A DNA stretch of 64,000 nt from the human T2T-CHM13v2.0 reference genome, Homo sapiens. The first letter of the stretch is position 1. Each line of letters opens with the position of its first letter. The stretch lies in NCBI RefSeq assembly GCF_009914755.1, contig NC_060928.1. The stretch is one strand, 5' to 3'. Below, one piece after another: positions 1 through 14,283 of the stretch. Below the pieces are notes generated by a model. That model was not told where the DNA came from. It ran no database searches and saw nothing but the letters and a program-made list of their open reading frames with translations. Position numbers and translations under genes: made by a program.

Positions 1-83
1 GAAAGAAGAAAAGAAAAGAAAGGAAAGAGAAGAGGGGCGGGGCGGGGCAGGGCAGGGCAGGGCAGGGCAGGGCAGGGCAGGGC
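1..83 (+). repeat. Pentanucleotide microsatellite: (AAAAG)n grading into (GGGGC)3(AGGGC)7, with G-quadruplex potential
   Basis: Read directly: A-rich AAAAG/AAAGG units at 1-33, then 10 consecutive G-tracts of 3-4 G at 34-83. The array is truncated by the window edge. Confidence 0.9.
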
Positions 84-567
84 AAAAAAAGACTCAGTGC
101 AGGAAAGGACTTGCCCAAGGTAATCTAGTACGTGGAAAAGCGGAGGGCAGGAGCCTGTGCCGTGCAAGAGCTCCGGGGAGCCAACACCGAGCGGCCCTTT
201 TGAGAGGGTCCCAGCCCCTGAGATGCGGGAGCCCGCAAGAGGGAACCTCTTGTCTGAAGAGGTTGCTGCGCTCTGGAGTCGTGCTCTGGGACAGATGGGC
301 AAGCTCCGCTCTTGGGGCCGGAAGCGTGTAGCGTCTCCACCCGGGCTCCAATCCCCAGCCTCGCACTCAGCACCAGGCAGAGTTCAGCCTCCCGCCGCAA
401 GCTCCCTTCCGCCGCTCCCGGCGAGCACGCAGGTCTGGCTGTCCGTTGGGCTAGGGCTTAAAAGCCCAACACGGGCGAAAAAGACGCGGTCTCAGTTAAC
501 GGGGACGCTTTAGAGAAACGCACTCGCCTCTCCTGTTCCGGTTGGGTCGGCGCGGGCTTCTCAGGCG

Positions 568-575
568 CCACGTGG
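568..575. promoter_or_regulatory. Canonical E-box CCACGTGG (MYC/MAX or USF type) near the TMA16 TSS
   Basis: Exact motif about 100 bp upstream of the ATG. MYC sites are typical of ribosome-biogenesis genes. Binding itself is inferred. Confidence 0.55.
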
Positions 576-674
576 GATTCGGCCCGGGTGCTCTTGTGAG
601 CTGCTGCTCCTGCGGTTGGTGAGATTACCTGGGTCTAGAGTGCGGAGCTGCTCCGTGGCCACGAGGACGTCACC

Positions 675-677
675 ATG
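675..677 (+). CDS. TMA16: TMA16 coding exon 1 (start codon only)
   Basis: gtcaccATG in a good Kozak context, followed by donor GTGGGC at 678. It splices in frame to CCC AAA GCA at 12912, giving MPKAPKGK. Confidence 0.88.
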
Positions 678-2465
678 GTGGGCCCCCTCCTGCTCCCCCG
701 AACCGCTCGGTTGGTTCCCCGGAAGGCTCTTGTTGAGCAGGCAGAGAGGGAGGGTGCGGTTTCGGGAACCTAGGAGAGGGGAGGATGCAAAGTGTTTATT
801 TTCAGGGAGTGTGCGGGGTGCGGGGCGAAGCCTCTGGGAGGCGAGTCCCAGGCCCAACGCCTGGACCTTAGAGTTCCGCGTCCGAGTGCTGAAGTGCTCA
901 CACGTCGCCTTGCTCCTCTTTGCCTTGTGCCTAACTTCTCGCTAGTCACTACTTCCTTGGGGGAAACCCGGCACCTTTCCATTGTAACGCATCGAGGAGT
1001 TTGGCAAAACTTCTGAGATCGCTGGCCCTACACACCTCTGCCTCTCTGGCCTGGGTAGACTCAGTATGTGGGCTTAGTCGCCTCTTCCTCGGCGTCCGTT
1101 CACCTCTCGTTAGTGCCCTGAATCCTGCCGTTACGCCCCCATTCGCTCCAGGGCACTGAAGCAGTTTTGTTGTTTTTATTAAAAACTGAGTAGATACAAA
1201 AGAGTGTTACTAAAGCACATTTCAAGTGTAAAGATGAACAGTTTCAGGAATTCTCGTTTACCCATTTTGTAGTTTTAAGAAATAAAACATAGCCTTTGAA
1301 AGCCCTGTGTTACCTTCTTTGAACTTTCAGGAAACCTTAAGAAGCAAACATTATCTAAGTTTTGTATTTATAATTTCACTACTTTTCTTTATAGTTACTA
1401 CATATATTTGTATTTTGAAACAGTATGTTGTTTCTTGCCTATTTTTTACGTAATCGTTGTGTTCTTGAGAGTAATTCTTGCATAGAAACATGCTTTATAA
1501 ATTTTTTTCAATTAATTTTTAATAAAAGCAAAATTTTAAAAGTTTATAATCTGGTCAGAAGTTACGATATTGTGTCCACAATGTGGCCTCTTTGTTTCTT
1601 TTCATTTTTTTCTCTTTTCATTGTATGCCATTTTTGTCTTACAGTCTGGTTCTTTCGTTGTTTCGCGAGTTTTTTGTGCTTTATTTTGATCCACTGCTGA
1701 CGCATATTTTGTACTTTAGATTGTACACATTTGTGTAAATTCAGTGTTTGCTTGTCACTTTGCTTGTGGGATTTCCAACTCTTTATAGTGTTAGTTTTTT
1801 TCCCCTTTTCAGAGTGGAATATGAAAGCAATTACATCTCATTGTGTTTGAGTGATTGGGGAGATAGATTGGTATTTGACTGTAGTTGTCCTTGACTATCA
1901 GAGCTTCACTTTTTATCAGGCTGTATAGTAGAAGTACGTTGCTTTGGCATAGAAGTCAAAAGAGTGGCATATGAACCTGTTTTCATTGGCTCATTTCTGG
2001 CTCTGTCATTTTTTTTTGATATAACCTCATTAGTGGTTTTGCTGCATCCTCTTTCAGTACAGCTCAGAATGTGGTCCCAAAGGACAGAGTTGGGCACCTG
2101 TCTTTCCCTGAGTTGCCATCTTGGCAAAATTACTTAACCTCCCATCTGTTTAATTGGGATAACAATAGTACCTACCTCATAGAATTGTGGAAATTAAATG
2201 TAAAGTGCTTAGTCTAGTGCCTGGCACTTAGTAAATGTTATTGTTATTAACTTTAGTTATATAAATAGTAACAGTGTACAGCTTATAGTTGTTCATCCTT
2301 GTTACTTTGCTCATTAATGTTCTCTTATTGTAAAACTTTGCTGGAGCTTAGCAAGTTCATATCTTTATATCAAAATTTAGTTTACCTGTTATATATAAAT
2401 AATCTTTTCAAATTAATCCATTCCACTCAACACTTCTTTATGCTGCATTAAAAAGGTTTTTAGTG

Positions 2466-2832
<367 letters not shown>

Positions 2833-3257
2833 TAGTATTTTTAAGTATGGCTCATACAATACTACTAGGCACCCATGGGTATACTCCTTTTTATATAAAC
2901 CTGTCATAGAGCTTGTGTGTGCTTCTTTCCCTCCCTAGCTAGACTATATACCATTGAAAAGTGTGCCATCATCCTCCGTGCATTTATCCATGCACATTAC
3001 TGTGGGGCATTAGCTGTTACTGACTACCTTAATGGTAGAGATTGTGTGTTTTGGGGACTACATCTATAAATGTGAGCTACAACAACAAATCAGCTTAATA
3101 CATCTCATAGAGATTATCTGTTAGTGAAAACTTGCTCCTGAAAGTTAGTAAAACTAAAGAAAAACATTAATGGAAATCTACCTAGTATACCAATCTTTTT
3201 GAGACAATATTACTTGTACATGGTTTAAAACACTAAAAAATGGTTTCTCATAAAAAT

Positions 3258-3735
3258 TGTATTAGTTTCTTATTAACTGCCATAGTAAAGTGATATGCAT
3301 TTAGTGGCTTAAAGCAACACATTCATTTCCTGAAACCTCTGGAGGTCAGAAGTTCAAAAATGAGTCTTAACTGAGATAAAATTAAGGTGTTTGTCAGGGC
3401 TGTCTTTCTTTAAGGGGCTCTAATGAATTTTTCTGTTTCTAGAGGTCATCTACATTCTTTGGCTCCTTCCCTCTTCAAATCCAGCAGCATGGCATCTTTA
3501 AATTTTCCCCCAGAGAAGGTTACATTTTCTCTGACAGTGATCCTCCTGCCTTCCTCTTACATGGACCTTTAGGATTATGTTGGGCCCACCTGGATAATTT
3601 TCCCCATCTCAAGATCTTAATCACATCTGCAAGTCCTTTTTGTCATATATGGTAATATATTCCCAGGTTCTGGAGGAATCAGGGCGTGGATATCTTTTGG
3701 TCGGAGGAGGGCAGAGCATTATTGCGTCTGCCACA
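3258..3735 (-). mobile_element. MaLR (MLT1-type) solo LTR
   Basis: Starts tgtattagtttc...gtggcttaaagcaacac and ends ctgccaca, which are typical MLT1 termini. Confidence 0.7.
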
Positions 3736-4148
3736 AAAAGACTTTTTCCAGCTCTCTTGCCTAATGCCCTGGTTCACTTGAGAAACAGCCACTGTTAACA
3801 GTTTCTTAGCTATCAATTCAGATACTTTATATGTATGTACCAGCATATATGTATGTTCCCTAACCTTTCTTTTTACATAAATGGTATACTGGACACCTTA
3901 GTCCCTTGCTTTTTTGTCTTACCTGATCTTATAGATCTATGTAAGTACATATAGATCCACTTCTTGCTTTTTAAACAGTGAATATTCCATTGTTTGCTTC
4001 TGTAACTTACTTAACCCGATCTGTGATAGACCTTTAAATTGTTTACATTCTTTTGCTACCACAGACATTGCAATACTGCTGCATTGATTATTTATCCCCC
4101 CTTTGGTACACGTGTAAATATGTCTGTAGAATAAATTAATAGAAATAG

Positions 4149-4464
<316 letters not shown>

Positions 4465-4524
4465 TGGTTAAAAGATTTTTGACCAAGAAATTCTATTTCA
4501 ATTTTTATCTTGATGGGTACTATC

Positions 4525-4838
4525 TTTATTTTTATTTTATTTTATTAAAAAACTTTTTTTAGAGATGGAGTCTCACTCTGTCACCTAGCGTGGCATGTAG
4601 TGGCACACTCATAGCTAGCTCGCTGCAGCCTCAAACTCGGGCTGACGCCTCTGTCTCCCCAGTAGCCAAGATTACGGAGGTACACAGCCTCTCCTGGCTA
4701 ATTTTTTAGATTTTTTTGTAGAGACAGGGTCTCACTATGTTGTCCAGGCTGGTCTCGAACTTCTGGCTTCAAATGATCTACTCACTTTTGCCTCTCAAAA
4801 GTGTTGAGATAGTGGGCAGAAGCCACTGTGTTTAGCCC
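4525..4838 (-). mobile_element. AluJ-type SINE (old)
   Basis: Diverged Alu with a perfect TSD tgatgggtactatc at 4511-4524 and 4839-4852. Confidence 0.88.
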
Positions 4839-5402
4839 TGATGGGTACTATCAAATTGCCTTCCAGAAGACTGTACTGGCTTGCACCCCCTTGAACTATA
4901 AGATTACTAATACACCCACACCCCCACTAATGCAATGTGAATAATTTTTTCTCTTTGTTAATATTACACATTAATAATTCTATTTCATTGAAGTTTTTGT
5001 TTTTAAAGTTTTTCCAGCTTTTAAATAACACTTGTTTTTAGTCTTCCTGTGATTTGTATATATCTTTTGCTGATCTTTTTCATATTAATCTTAAAATAAC
5101 TTCTTAAGATAATTAACTCTTTTGTTTGTGTTGCAAGTTTTTTGTAGTTTGTTTTTAGCTTGGTTTATGTTTTGAAGTTCAGACTTTTAAGTTTTTATGT
5201 AGATTTGTTATTTTAAATCTTCTGAATTTTATATAATGTTTAGAAAGACCTTTCTCTGAGACTCCTCTACAAAAAAATAAGAAAATCTTTTCTTCTGAGA
5301 TCTGTGTGGTTTCATTTTTTATGCTTAAATGTGTTCTATGAGGAACTTAATTTAGAATACAGAGTGATATACCAAATTTTAAAAAGATTCCTATGCTTTT
5401 TA

Positions 5403-5704
5403 TAGTTGTCCCTTGGTATCGAGGGATATTAGTTGAGGACACACTCGAATACCTAAATCCATGGATGCTCAGGTCCCTTATATAAAATGGTGTCGTTTTT
5501 GCGTGTAGCCTGTGCATATTCTCCTGTATACTTTAAGTCATACTTAACCATACCTATTACAATGTAAACGCTGTATAGTGATTATATTGTTTTTTAAATT
5601 TTTATTATTTTTATTGTTATATTATTATTTTTTATTTATTTTTCTGAATATTTTCTGTCCTCTGTTGGTAGAATACCCAGATGTGAAGCCTGGAGGGCCA
5701 ACTG
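5403..5704 (+). mobile_element. MER2 (TcMar-Tigger MITE)
   Basis: Termini agttgtcccttggtatc ... gagggccaactg, and internal ggatgctcaggtcccttatataaaatgg matches MER2. Confidence 0.75.
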
Positions 5705-6066
5705 AATTTATTTACATTTTTTGAGTGCTTGAAATAGTTAATGCTAATCTAAAACTTGAACACACAGCAAATGTTACAAATAAATAAGTAGCTCAGCTAA
5801 GCCTTTGTGACCTAAAGGATGAATTATTACCAAATGTTATTTTTTGTCTTACTTTGTTACATAATATACACTTTAAGGAATTTTCTTTTTTGTGCGTGTG
5901 TGACATCTGCTTTATGTTCAGCACTTGAAACCTAGGCTTGCTAAGTAGTGACTATTTTCTAAATCACTGCTAAATCTAATCCAAAAGTACATTTGGAGAT
6001 CCCAAAACTGACTTATGAAGGCTTATAAATGAAATATCCTAATTTAAATACTTAAGAAACGTATAG

Positions 6067-6417
<351 letters not shown>

Positions 6418-8771
6418 TGAAAGCTGTATGTCTGTTGGGGTGGTCATGGTGGTTGGTGGATTGACTCAAACAAGACAGTGCCTTCTTTCTTGCTGTATAA
6501 CTTTGTCAGTGAAAAAGAATGCCTCTGACAGGGACTGGCACAGAGTTTTTGTTCATCTAAGTGTATAGGTAATCTATTCGCCTGCTCCTTTTCAGGGCCA
6601 GGCCAACAAGAAAATCTGTTTCTCCCAGGAGCAATTAATTTAGGTAGAAATACAGTAAACCTGTCAAACTGATTTAGCTACAATCTTGTTTTTCACTTCT
6701 TATAAAAGACCCAGGAATGAGAAGGATAAACATGAATTTGTGCTAGAATTCCAGTGGCTGTATGCCTGTACTATGTGTTAGAAAAGATAGAAGGCAAGTA
6801 CTATTGTATTTAAGTTGGAAAAACTGATCTATTTTGTGTGTGACCTGGCAAAAGTTTTTCAAAATGCTTTTGTTTCAAAGTTTTATTCAGTCAGAAGGAA
6901 ATTTTAAATGAGGTAAACATTTTTATTTTTATTGTAGAATTGTGTCACTAAAATTGATCAGGCCAGTCACCTTTATTTCTTTATTGCCTCCCATCTGAAT
7001 ATTCTTGGGAGACTATGCTTACTGTTATCTCTGGAAAGAACTAGTCCTTCCTTCATAGTTATATCTTTGTTTCATTATGATCCCAAATATTCTGGTCTTT
7101 GATAGAAGTCTCACTTAGTGACATATTAATTTCCTGTGTTATTATTCTGGGTAGACCTAAATGGGGTTGCGTGTGAGATGAGTTTAAACCACGCTACTTC
7201 TTTCTTAGTACGTTTATTGTCTACTTTTACAGGAGTAAAAACAATTATAATATGTGACCTCTTCTCTTTAAACTCTTCTTTCAAACTTTGGTTAGGCCAT
7301 TCTGACTGAAGTTAAAGAGAGTTAAAACCAGTCTGTTTATGTGTCTCTTTCTACAGCTTATTTTAATGCTTCTCTTTTCATTTGCTATTTAGGTTTGCTA
7401 GTTCTCATCATTTTGCCATTAAAAAGTACCAGTATGCAAGGCAATCATTTTTCAACTTGTTGATTTTAGATGTTGTTTCGTTGCAAAGAGTGTTTGATTA
7501 TCTGTATCCAGAGATATACAGTGATGCAAGTGTTTGTTGACATTGGATCAAAATCTGTACTTAACAGTATTATTTCATATTCTCTCTTTTGTTCTGGGAG
7601 CAAGGAGGATATTTTGATTTGATTTTCTGATTTAAACATTAACTTCCACATTAATTAGGTGGTAGGCTTATTTTGTAGCCTGGAAATTGAGAAATGTTTA
7701 GTAAATTTCTTGATTTTTAGATCTCAGGTTACTTTCTCAGGGAGGCCTTTCCTTACTTCCCAAAGTGAGTCAGGACCCTATGCTTTTGATCCATTTTCTA
7801 GCCAGCACTTACTAAGTTAGCTATTCCTGAGAAAACTAGATTGTAAACTCCATGAAGGCAAGTTCATGTCAGTTTTTGATCTGGAAGCCTCAGTGCTTAT
7901 CCTAGTACATGGTATATTTAGTGTGTGCTCAGTAATTAAAAATATGTATATATTAATATGAGGTTGCGGTGTAAAGAGTGGCAGTAGAGAATCTGGGAGA
8001 AGTTTATTCTGACTAGACGTTAGTAGGTAAGTTTGGAATAACATAAGTTGAGCTAGATATTAGAATCTAAAATGAAGATAAAATTAAAGTCTGCATTAGA
8101 GAATTATTAAGATATTCTTTTAATGTTAAGGAAGGCACCATCATGAGCTATTTTATAAATTACTTTTATATTTGATACCTCACACTATTTTAAAGAACAT
8201 ACTTAATATTTTTAATTCATAGTAGCCCATTGTACAGTACAAAGTGGATGCTCAGTAAATGCTCACTCAGGGCAGCATCCCACTTTCTTTACTTCTCTCA
8301 AACTGTGATTTGCAACCTCAGGACATATTTGCAGTCTCAAATGAGCTGCTATTAAGGAAATAACACACAAATGTACAATTAATGCTGAGCAGTGCAGTAC
8401 ATTATTAGGTGCTAAATGGTAAATGCTACCAAGAGGGAAAGGCTACTGAGATATGAAATTATTCTTGGATCCCTTCAAGGAGCAGTTGAACTTGACCTTT
8501 AAGTGGTCTTCGAAGATTGGGTGGGGTTTAGAAAGGCTTATGTATGGAACTATTAAAGTCTTCTTGGAAGCGCTAATTAATTATTTGTCATTGACACGTG
8601 TCATTGCATCATATTTATGTGTTAAGGAAGGAAGATGCACTAGGGCTCACTGGTGCATTTCACTACTATCTTTGCAGTGAAGATTCACTGCAAAAAAAGT
8701 GTAGATTTGCTTAGTCCATCATTTCGATCATGTCACTGGTGTAAAATTGGTACATCATTTACTGTAATTTA

Positions 8772-9115
8772 CCGTCATTCACGGCATAATGACATTTTGG
8801 TCATCAGTGGGCCACATATATGATGATGGTCCCATAAGATTATAATACTGTATTTTCACTTTACCTTTTCTATGTTTAGACATGTTTAGATACACAAATA
8901 CTTACCTTTGTGTTACAGTTGCCTACAGTATTCAGTACAGTAACGTCCTGGACAGGTTTAAAGCCTAGGAGCAATAGGCTATGCCATAGAGCCTGTGTGT
9001 ATAGTAGGCTATACCATCCAGGTTTGTGTAAGTACACTTTATATTTCCATAAAAAGGAAATCACCTACTGACTCGTTTCCCAGAAAGTATCCCTGTTAAG
9101 TGAGGCATGCCTGTA
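8772..9115 (+). mobile_element. Tigger3/MER7-type DNA transposon MITE
   Basis: gtcattcacggcataatgacattttggtca...gatggtcccataagattataat at the start and gttaagtgaggcatgcctgta at the end. Confidence 0.7.
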
Positions 9116-10173
9116 TTTTTATGTTTAAGGGTATTATGATGTTTACAGTATTGCACTCTAAGCTTTCTCAGTTGTAGGCATGGGTTTGGTCTTAAACTTT
9201 AAAAAAAAAATGTATTTACGTACACTTTGTGGACCTCAAGTGTGTTTGCTGAAATGATCACTCCTTTATGTCTCTTGTTTCACTGAGTAGTCTAAATGGC
9301 ACTTCTGTCTCTAGTGGAGCCTAGACTGCGGCTCAACTTGATGGTCTTTTAGGCAAAGTTCCTTTTTGTTACTTATGATTTTAACAGGAATATTTAAAGC
9401 GTATTGCCCCTAAAATAACTCTATTATGTCGTTTTGAATAAACTATGTGTTTTTTTGTTACTTCTAGTTATGAATCCAAAGAGAATAGACTTTCAGACTG
9501 AATTTTTTGAATTAGTCACTGAAGAGTGTAGGGAAGAGATACTTTTAATGCAGGTTTTCTAACTGGACTATTTCTGTGGTGCCAGAGTCTTTTCATAGGC
9601 ATAGATATTCAAAATGGTCTGTTAGTTATTTTATGATAGAGTTTTACTTTAGTTTTTCCCTGTTGAAACATTTTTTTCCAAATTTTAATGTATTGAAAAA
9701 TATGAAAGTTTTAAAATATAGTAAATTTTATTGTACATATTTCTGTGTCTCACTGTATATTCATATCCTGCCTTGAGGCAACCTTTTCATGAATAAATTA
9801 TTATAAGGAATCATAACTTACAGTTGAGTCAAAAAATAAGTTAATTTCTTTGTACCTTCTTTGTACTAAGTCTTGAAGGTTCTTTAGCCAAGATCGTATA
9901 AAGCTATGAGGACGTTTTTATATTCAAGGGGTATCAAACTTCTTTTCCCTAAAGAAAGTTTTTGAGTCTTTAAAGGACATTTTTTGTAGTTTTGAACATA
10001 TTGCTGGAACTTCATGGCTATGCATTTTCAGTTTTAGCAGCTTCAGAGACTTTATATTTTCTTCCCTGGGATTTTTGTGAATTTTTAAAATATTGTTAAG
10101 CATTTTTTAATAATGATATGTGGGATCAGATCTCTTTTCACAGGATGCATCTTTGCTTTGGTTTTTTGGTCTT

Positions 10174-11058
10174 GCATTAGTCATTTATTCCTGTGTAACA
10201 AGATATCCTAAAATTTGATGGCTTAAACCAATATTTATGATCTCTCCCTTTCTTTGGGTCAGGAATCAGGCATGGCTTACTGGTCTCCTCTCCCTCAAGG
10301 TTTCTCACAAGGTTGCAGTGAAAGTATTACTTGGGGGTGTGATTTCAAGGCACAGCTGCGGAGAGTCTACTTCTTTTTGTTGTTGTTTTGTTTTGAGGCA
10401 GAGTCTGACCCTGTTGCCCAGGCTAGAGTGCAGTGGTGCCATCTATGCTCGCTGCAGTCTCCACCTCCGTAGTTCAAGCTATCCTCCCACCTCAGCCTCT
10501 TGAATAGATGGGATTACAGGCATGTGTCACCACACCCAGCACATTTTTATATTTTTAGTAGAGATGGAGTTTTGCTATGTTGGCCAGGCTGGACTTGAAC
10601 TCCAGGCCACAAGTGATTCCACCTGCCTCAGCCTCCCAGAGTGCTGGGATTACAGGCATGAGCCACCATGCTTGGCTGAGGATCTGCCTCTAAGCTTGCT
10701 GTTGGTAGGATTGTTAAGCTGGTTCTTGGTAGGATTCAGCTCCTCGTGGACTGTTGAACTGCAGGCCTCACTTCTTCACTAGCTGTTGTCTGGAGGCTTC
10801 CCTCAGTTATTTGTCATGTGGCCCCTCCATATGGCAGCTCACTACAGGACAGCTGGTTTCCATGAGAGGGGGAAAGATGGAAGCCAGACTTCTTTGATAA
10901 CCTAATCTCAGAATTGGCATTTCATTGCTTTTGCTAAATGCTCTTCATTAAAAGTGAGTCGGTAGGTCCAGCCCACATTCAAAAGGAGGGGATTCCATAA
11001 GGGCATGAGGATCAGGAGGTGGGGTTTATTGGGTCCATCTTAGAGGCAGCCTGCCAAA
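10174..11058 (-). mobile_element. MLT1-type LTR interrupted by an Alu
   Basis: tgcattagtc...tgtaacaa...atggcttaaacc start. MLT1-like body continues on both sides of the Alu. Confidence 0.6.
10374..10677 (-). mobile_element. Alu (J/S-type)
   Basis: (TTG)-degenerate tail followed by an antisense Alu body. Degenerate TSD gagagtctacttct / gaggatctgcctct. Confidence 0.88.
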
Positions 11059-12911
11059 TGTCCTGAAAGTTTTTACTTGATTCATGTTTGCTAGGTACTT
11101 TAATCTCAAAAATTCCTCATTACACCTGCCTTTCTCCTCTGCACTTGCCATGTGAGCAGAGAGATACATAAAAGAGTACATATACTCTTATATGATGGTT
11201 CTACATATTTTCCTATACCTGTAACCAACTTCCAGTGATACCTTAAGATTCAGATGTGGATATATCTTCTCAGGTTTATCAGAAAGCGAGCAGAGCGCTC
11301 AATGAGTGTTGAAAGAATGAATATATTTGTGAATGAGGAATTTGTGGTTATTTTAAATAGTTCTGCCTAGTTTTACAAAGGAAGTAATTTTGAACTGCAT
11401 CTTATCAAAGGGCAAGTAAAGTATTTTGCAGGCAGAGGTAATAACAAGTGCAGTCTCAAGAAGTTATGAAATAGCTTGGTATGTTCTGGAATGGTGAGAA
11501 GTTCAGTAAGAATGGCGTGAAGAATCTTTTATAGAGGAGCATGGGAAATAATGGTGGAGAAGCAGGTTGGGGCTAGATTGTTTCTGTGCTAAAGACTTGG
11601 GACCTAACTGTGAGCTAGTAGAGCACTTTAAGCAGGGGAGAGGGACTTTACTATATTAGTGTTTTATGAAGACAAGCTCTGTAGCTTTGCCGAAGAAAGG
11701 ACTAGTGGGGAGAATCTAAAGACTATCCTGATTATGAAAGATTCTGAGGATTGAATTAAGCAATTGACAATAATTTTGAAGAAGAGTGTAAAGCCACTTG
11801 GCCTTTTTCTGGAATAGGTATGTTGGAGACTGCCAGCTGTCCCCTAATGTATTCTTTCTGTTTTTCTATATGAATGGATCTTTTTCTCACAGAATAAGGA
11901 TTATATTTACTACTCTCCCTTATGTAACACTGTGAATAAATTTTGGTCAGTGGGATGTGAGCAAAAGGATCTGCAACTTCCCAGGTCATGCTCTTAAAAA
12001 AAGGGGATGTACCTTCAGATTTTTCTTTTCCTACTTCATACTGGCTTGAGTGTAGACCTGGTATTAGGCTGTATTGAACTAGATAGGAGGTATAGCCTGA
12101 GGCTAGTAGACAAAAAAATGGAAGGATCCTGGATCCCTAAGGGCTTTGTGGAACAGAACCTTCAGCTCCTACTTTTAACAATAAAGAACCAAACTTAAGC
12201 TGGGTTATGCCATTATTTGGGGTTTTTATTACAGAGAGCCAAATATGATTCCTAGATCATTATAGGTGAGGTAAGATACAGGATTATGTAGGAATAAAAG
12301 AAACCTGAGATGTCTAGTTTGGAGGACCTAATGAATTGTGGGCTGATTAACTGGCATAAGGCTTCAGTGGGAAAATGATACATTTTTCCTTTTGGATATA
12401 CTAATTTTGAGATGGCTTCTATTATTTTCTCTATTCCTAATTTGTACAGGCAATGAGCCCAGCTTTGATTTTGCATGATTCATTGCCCGCTTTGTTCCAT
12501 GTGAAACATCTACAATCAAGCCCCTACTAATAATCCAAGTCCCTTCTGACCCCTTAATTTTCTTAACTGTAACAAATTTCTGGCTGTGAGTCTCCTCACT
12601 ATCTGTAGTCCCTGTATCTTCTTTGAAGATAGAACATGTTGTTGAAGAGCTGAGTTTATTGACTCCTTCTGTGCCTTTCTTCTGTCATTGGAGAGCACCT
12701 CTGAATATATCATTTCTGTCATTACCATGGCAACAGATTATTAGAATTATTTAATGATCCTGGCTTATCTCCTGATTTTTCTTGTAATAGTTTTAGCTTA
12801 CTGTATTTCTGTCATATTACTGTTTTTAAAATTTATTTGTAAAGAATATTTTTGGGACTGAAGGCACTTACATATCTGACTATATGTGTCATGTGTTTTC
12901 ATACATTTTAG

Positions 12912-13024
12912 CCCAAAGCACCAAAGGGAAAAAGTGCAGGACGGGAAAAAAAAGTCATCCATCCATATAGTAGAAAAGCAGCTCAAATTACGAGAGAGGC
13001 CCACAAACAAGAAAAAAAGGAAAA
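12912..13024 (+). CDS. TMA16: TMA16 exon 2 ([38 protein letters not shown])
   Basis: Acceptor ttttag at 12906-12911, donor GTAAGT at 13025, 113 nt. Contains the conserved Tma16 HPxSRKA motif. Confidence 0.95.
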
Positions 13025-14094
13025 GTAAGTATCTTTTCATCATTTGTATTACTCGTTGGTAAAAAGCCCCTTTATACTTTTATCTTTCAAACATATATCC
13101 TTTCACAGTATTGTCTCCCTTTCATAAATATTTATTAAGTGTGTTCTGTATGCAGAGGGTGAAACTGAACAAGGACTCTACTCTTTTAGAGCTTACCTAA
13201 AACAGATAAGTAATTTATGTAGCAGTAGGTGATGAGTGCCATGAAAAATTTAAAAAGTTATGGGATGGAGAGTGAGGGAGAAGTTGTTTTACGTGGGATA
13301 GTCATGGAAGCCTTCTCTGAAGAAGTTACATTTGAACAGAGAGTTGAAAAATGTGAGGTCTGTATATAAGGCATGTAGGTTAAAGTGCCCATGAGACATG
13401 TAAGAGGAGATATGGAATGGATAGTTAGATATGTTGAGTCTAGTGTTCAGAGAATAGGTTAGGGGTATTGACACAAATTTGGGAGCGATCAGCATCCATG
13501 TGGGATTTCAAGCCGTGAGACTGGATAGGATCAGTTCACCTAAGGAGTAACTGTTGACAGGAAAGAGAAGAGAGCCAATTACTGAGTTCAGTGGCCCTCT
13601 ACCATTTAGAGGTTAGGAAAAGAAGGAGCATTCCACAAGTGAGACTGAGAAGGAGGAGAAAGAAGGCTGTTTCAAAGATTCCTTAAAATGAAGTGAAGTT
13701 CAAATAAACATCATCGTTTTGACTATTTTAGAATGCCCTTGCCATTTTCATGAATGTTAGATACATTTGCATACCAGATAATGGAAGCCAGTATATTTTT
13801 AAATGTTGATTCTTTGCTTAAGATAAGCTTTATATAGTAAAGGTTACCTGTTTCACAGTGATTTGGCTAGAAGGAAATAAGTGTTGTGATAGCAGAGTCA
13901 AATTTTCTTTATTTTCTGCAGGGTAGTTTTTTATTTTTTTCAACATAAAGATTTACTGTGATGATAGCAGTTTTGCTTTAGCACAGTAGTTTTCAAACTT
14001 CAGCTATTTATGCATCACTTTTATGATTTTTGCTGTATCTTTTTAATATGATTTATTAGTACTGTGATTTTGCAGTTTCTGCTCTCATATATAT

Positions 14095-14283
14095 CAGTAT
14101 TTTGCAAACTTAAGTACATGAAATACATCTGTAGAACTTATTAAAACTGTTTGTTCCAACCCCTAGAATTTTCTATTCTGAAGGTTTGGGTTTCTGGCTT
14201 AAGGGTTTCCACTTCCAACAAGTCTCCAGGTAATGCTGGTGCTGTTGCTGCTGGTTTAGGGACCACACTATGAGAATCACTGA
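14095..14283. mobile_element. MER5A-type hAT-Charlie MITE
   Basis: cagtattttgcaaact ... ccaggtaatgctggtgct ... gggaccacactatgagaatcactg. Confidence 0.6.

Larger units (their letters stand above)
130..1150. promoter_or_regulatory. CpG island / TATA-less promoter of TMA16
   Basis: GC-rich and CpG-dense compared with the rest of the window, and it surrounds the ATG exon. It contains an ETS-type CCGGAAG (318-324) and a palindromic E-box CCACGTGG (568-575). Confidence 0.85.

Noticed and set aside
94-1016. Seven overlapping 70-118 aa ORFs in the CpG island
   Set aside because: Expected from stop-codon scarcity in GC-rich DNA. Several use non-ATG starts and none resembles a known protein.
1795-1824. 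Strong polypyrimidine tract and AG (1811-1812) as a possible cryptic exon in TMA16 intron 1
   Set aside because: No convincing downstream donor was identified, and such decoy acceptors are common.
11167-11194. 12-bp imperfect hairpin cataaaagagta-cata-tactcttatatg
   Set aside because: Short, AT-rich and imperfect, so expected by chance in 64 kb.
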